From: Isurus oxyrinchus
Lineage: Eukaryota
Direction: 5' to 3'
NCBI GenBank assembly: GCA_026770705.1
Contig: JANJGN010000152.1
Coordinates: 620,001-684,000 of the forward strand
Length of the DNA stretch: 64,000 bases
Positions 61,484 to 64,000 of the stretch are shown in pieces (position 1 is the stretch's first letter; each line of letters begins with the position of its first letter). The translations under genes and the position numbers were made by a program. The notes below the pieces were generated by a model that had not been told where the DNA came from, did not search any database, and saw nothing but the letters and a program-made list of their open reading frames with translations.

Positions 61484-62939
61484 CCGCTTATGTTGCTGAA
61501 ATCCGCAAACACTTTATTTACTTCTGCTTGCATATATCATTAATTTAATGTTACTCTTGTTTTGGCAGCTGCTCTTGTCACAAGGAGACATTTCAGATAT
61601 CGACGTATCGGGCCAGAACTCGTATTCTGGTGCTGGCAATTCTCCAATTAAGCTCCCGAGTATCTTGTCTTCACATACAGAGATGAATTGGCAGAAGGTT
61701 CACAGTATCTGTGAACCGTGAGGTAGCCTCCACCACTTTCACTGTTAACACGACTCAACTGCCAAGACTCTACGTTATGTTACAGTGAAGTGAGATACCG
61801 TGAAATGAAGAGCATTTATGAGCATATATGAACAAGGAGCATATATGAGAACTTACTGGGCATGGGGACTGAGGAGACAACAAGTCACGGGCTTCAGGTG
61901 TGAGAGACACACAAGCCTTTAGAAATGTAATTTCGATGTGTAAAGTACACCATCTCAGTAATTCAATAGAATAACATATTATTTCAGATGATTTAGAAGA
62001 TACAAGTTAATTAATTTCACAACTTCGCGTGTAATCCGTGCTCATCAAACCAGAATATCTCCACATTCATTCGTGGTGAGTGGACTAGGTGTCTTTGATG
62101 GTAGAGTGTAGAGGGAGATTCACCCTGCAGCTCATCCCTGTTCTATCTGTCCTGTAATTGTTTTTAGGACAGTGCAGAGGTAGATTTTATTCTGTATTTA
62201 ACCCATGCGGTACTGACTCTGGATAAGAGTGTTTGAGCAGTGCAGAATGAGATTTATTTTGTATCATAACCGTGGAGCACCTGTCCTGTCAGTGTTTTAT
62301 AGGATAGTGTGGAGGGAGAATTTCTCGGTGAGTAACTAATGATGACCCTGAGTGACATGCTTGGCTGGTGAACAGCACGTACACACGCATACACACACAT
62401 ACACACACAAACAGAGAAATAACAAATACCCATCTCCCGTAATTGATGGACCTATTCAACTTTGTGTCCACCTTTGATGCTTAATGAATTGGTCAGGCTG
62501 ATTTTTTTTAACCAAATTGCAACCTAACCTTATAATGGTGGAAACATTAAGGAGAATGCAAATGAGCATATATTGTCTTAATTAATTGGGCACATAAGAG
62601 AACTGAGACAAATAATCTCACAACTGATGTAAACGAGCAACGGCAGCGAATAGAAAAGAATACGTAGAGAAGTTATAATAACAGTATAATCAAAGTAATA
62701 ACATTCATTACAGTCTCACGTAATAACAGTTCAGCAAATTCATGCAGCAATATTCGTGTCGAAATTCAGAGTCATTGTTTTCCGCAGGTTGGCGCTCCAG
62801 CATTTCACCTTTGGTGAAAACGTGCCGAAGCACCCGTTTACTGGTGCCAGGGAGATAACAGGAAACATCATTGTTCCGTGACACTTCACTTCATACAATG
62901 GTATATTCAGGCCAAGAGCTCGTACATAATTTGCAGTTG

Positions 62940-63074
62940 GGGTGAATCTTTTAACAATCTCCGAGAAGGAAGCGGGATTAGTCCCTTATTGTGAGCGCCG
63001 AACGTTGCACTATTTAGAGACAAATGTGGTGGTGTGAAAGTCTACTAATTCACGCTGGCGTTGTGCCCTACCAA

Positions 63075-63141
<67 letters not shown>

Positions 63142-63888
63142 TGTGTAAAAGTAAACAACGTACGCATGTGTTGCATTATGCATGATTGCATAATTCGTAT
63201 GTAGAGTAGAAGTGTGTAGAAAGCACGTAACAAAGGAGGGTTAGACAATGAGCTCTTGGAATCATTGCATTTCATGGTCCAATGGCACCTGGTAGTCCGA
63301 CGAAAAAGACCAGCAATTCCTTCATCCAGATTGGTTCCTCAAATAATTCATAAACAGATGTTGAGATATGATGATCATTTTGTGACAGAATGGAATTTTT
63401 GCTATTGGCCACAAATTGAAATTTTCCAGAAACTATCTGGATTCCGCAATATCTTTATTCCCGATAGGCTCAGATTGGCAAAACTTCCTGACAAATAATT
63501 GTACATTCCCACCTCTCCCTGTGTAAATAATATTTCTACCCTATAATATCGACTATATTTGAAAACAAGTATGAACTTGCCGCTTTCTGAGATCCTCAGG
63601 ATGTAATAAGTGGTGGAGAAGCTGGGTGAATCTTTTAACAATCTCCGAGAAGGAAGCGGGATTAGTCCCTTATTGTGAGCGCCGTAAATTGCACTATTAG
63701 AGACAAATGTGGTGTGCAAAAGTCTACTAATTCATGTTGGTGTTCTGGCCTACCAATTCTGTGTGTGTGTCTGTGTGTGTGTCTGTATTTGTGTGTATGT
63801 GCGTGTGTAAAAGTAAACCATGTACACATGTGTTGCATTATGCATGTTTGCATAATTCGTATGTAGAGTAGAAGTGTGTAGAAAGCAC
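62940..63888. repeat. Direct duplication of ~280 bp (62940-63228 and 63623-63888), each copy containing a (GT)n tract
   Basis: Both copies begin ggtgaatcttttaacaatctccgagaaggaagcggg and end gtagaagtgtgtagaaagcac. Confidence 0.9.
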
Positions 63889-64000
63889 AAAACACATCAT
63901 TCTGAATGTTTACAAATGCATGTTGCTGGTAATATCGCATTAGACCCTGCCTTATTTCATAGATTGCAAGGAAATACCATTGCTTACGTCACACAAGACC

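Noticed and set aside
62788-62935. V-like fragment (GDN..HCSVT..FIQWYIQ) after an acceptor
   Set aside because: Short, contains a stop and is truncated by the duplication; insufficient evidence

Overview
Eukaryotic DNA from a cartilaginous fish (shark-type) antigen-receptor region. Left third (+ strand): an apparently intact IgM heavy-chain constant gene (CH1-CH4, secretory tail, TM1, TM2, canonical GT/AG splice sites, poly(A) signals). It is preceded by a C-rich block and a ~1.6 kb G-rich tandem repeat in the presumed J-C intron; VH/D/JH lie outside the window. Next come a decayed tRNA gene cluster (12-22 kb) and many CR1-type LINE, SINE and Penelope-like remnants. From 24 kb onward the window becomes T-cell-receptor-like. 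It holds an orphan NAR-TCR leader/promoter copy (24 kb) and a pseudogenised NAR-TCR cassette on the minus strand (leader, NAR-type V with FR1 Cys and 22-bp RSS, LINE insertion, J, leaderless supporting V-delta fragment). It also holds at least nine TCR alpha/delta-like V segments in mixed orientation, mostly with 23-bp-spacer RSS. Nearly all are pseudogenes; one keeps an open frame, intact splice sites and a near-perfect RSS. The main signal is the physical juxtaposition of a complete IgM constant gene with a NAR-TCR/TCR alpha-delta V array, with several V segments lying 3' of, and inverted relative to, C-mu. Two N gaps near 30.5 and 31.3 kb mean linkage to the right of them is scaffold-dependent. 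All assignments come from manual reading and translation; no database searches were run.
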